The position numbers and the translations under genes were made by a program. A DNA stretch of 64,000 bases from Catajapyx aquilonaris (Eukaryota). A model generated the notes under the pieces. It was not told where the DNA came from. It did no database searches and saw nothing but the letters and a program-made list of their open reading frames with translations. Below are positions 63,437 to 64,000 of this stretch, piece by piece. The stretch spans positions 1 through 64,000 of the forward strand of contig KZ538202.1 in NCBI GenBank assembly GCA_000934665.2, given 5' to 3'. How positions within the stretch are numbered: the stretch's first letter is position 1; each line of letters opens with the position of its first letter.

Positions 63437-64000
63437 CTGCAAGAATATTACAACTTGAAAATACGTTGGTACGACCTAAGCATCTAAAGAAGTACCGTAT
63501 GTGCTATATTTTCGTGGCAACTTTTAGAAAGTTTACAATCTCCTGGCCCTTTATAAAAACAGACGTTCATATAAGTGACCGAATTTTTTTGCTGTTTTTT
63601 CAGTCTCATTACCTAGCGGACTCATTAGACAGGGGACGTTTGTTTAGCCATCATCGAAATGATGGATGATACATTGTGAGACTTGAGAGAAAGTTACAAA
63701 TTGGTATTTGAGATTTTCTTACTTATTTGAATTTTTTTTTTGACAACCATTGGCGTACTTGTAAGTAACATACGGTATAGAAAGTATGCATCCGAAATGA
63801 CTCATTCATAAAGAATCTGTGCATGTGACACGTTCCAGTCAAAATATGTCGAACTTCTGGACAGACAACTTTTCCAGCGTTTGTAACTTGTCAAGTACAT
63901 GCACTAACAAGGAGCTAACAGTGAGGAAAAGTAAGGAAAGTTCCCGAAGGAAGCGACAGACCTGGCTTTTTGTGAGAAGGTCAAGCCTCTGAGAAAGGGT

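Overview
Eukaryotic, most likely arthropod (insect-like), genomic DNA: intron-rich, AT-rich, with small N gaps. The minus strand carries the first three coding exons of Rad6/UBE2A (last exon lies off the left edge), one complete 5-coding-exon fatty acyl-CoA reductase (FAR, 517 aa by my exon assembly) and a tandem FAR paralogue whose N-terminus lies off the right edge. Between Rad6 and the first FAR, on the plus strand and not visible as such in the ORF track, is a spliced, highly divergent eIF4E-family gene. It keeps the ancestral eIF4E intron positions but carries a 5-nt duplication, a TAG and a 2-nt insertion, so it is probably a pseudogene. The rest is dense in mobile DNA: four tRNA-headed SINE families, one with a V-SINE-like core, whose different heads end in a shared covarying two-stem 3' structure; MITEs with piggyBac-, Tc1/pogo-, Harbinger- and P-like termini; two palindromic mariner derivatives built from two 5' ends; several nested insertions; and two isolated near-perfect hairpins. 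No CRISPR array, rRNA or convincing functional tRNA. All calls were made by eye, with no database search.
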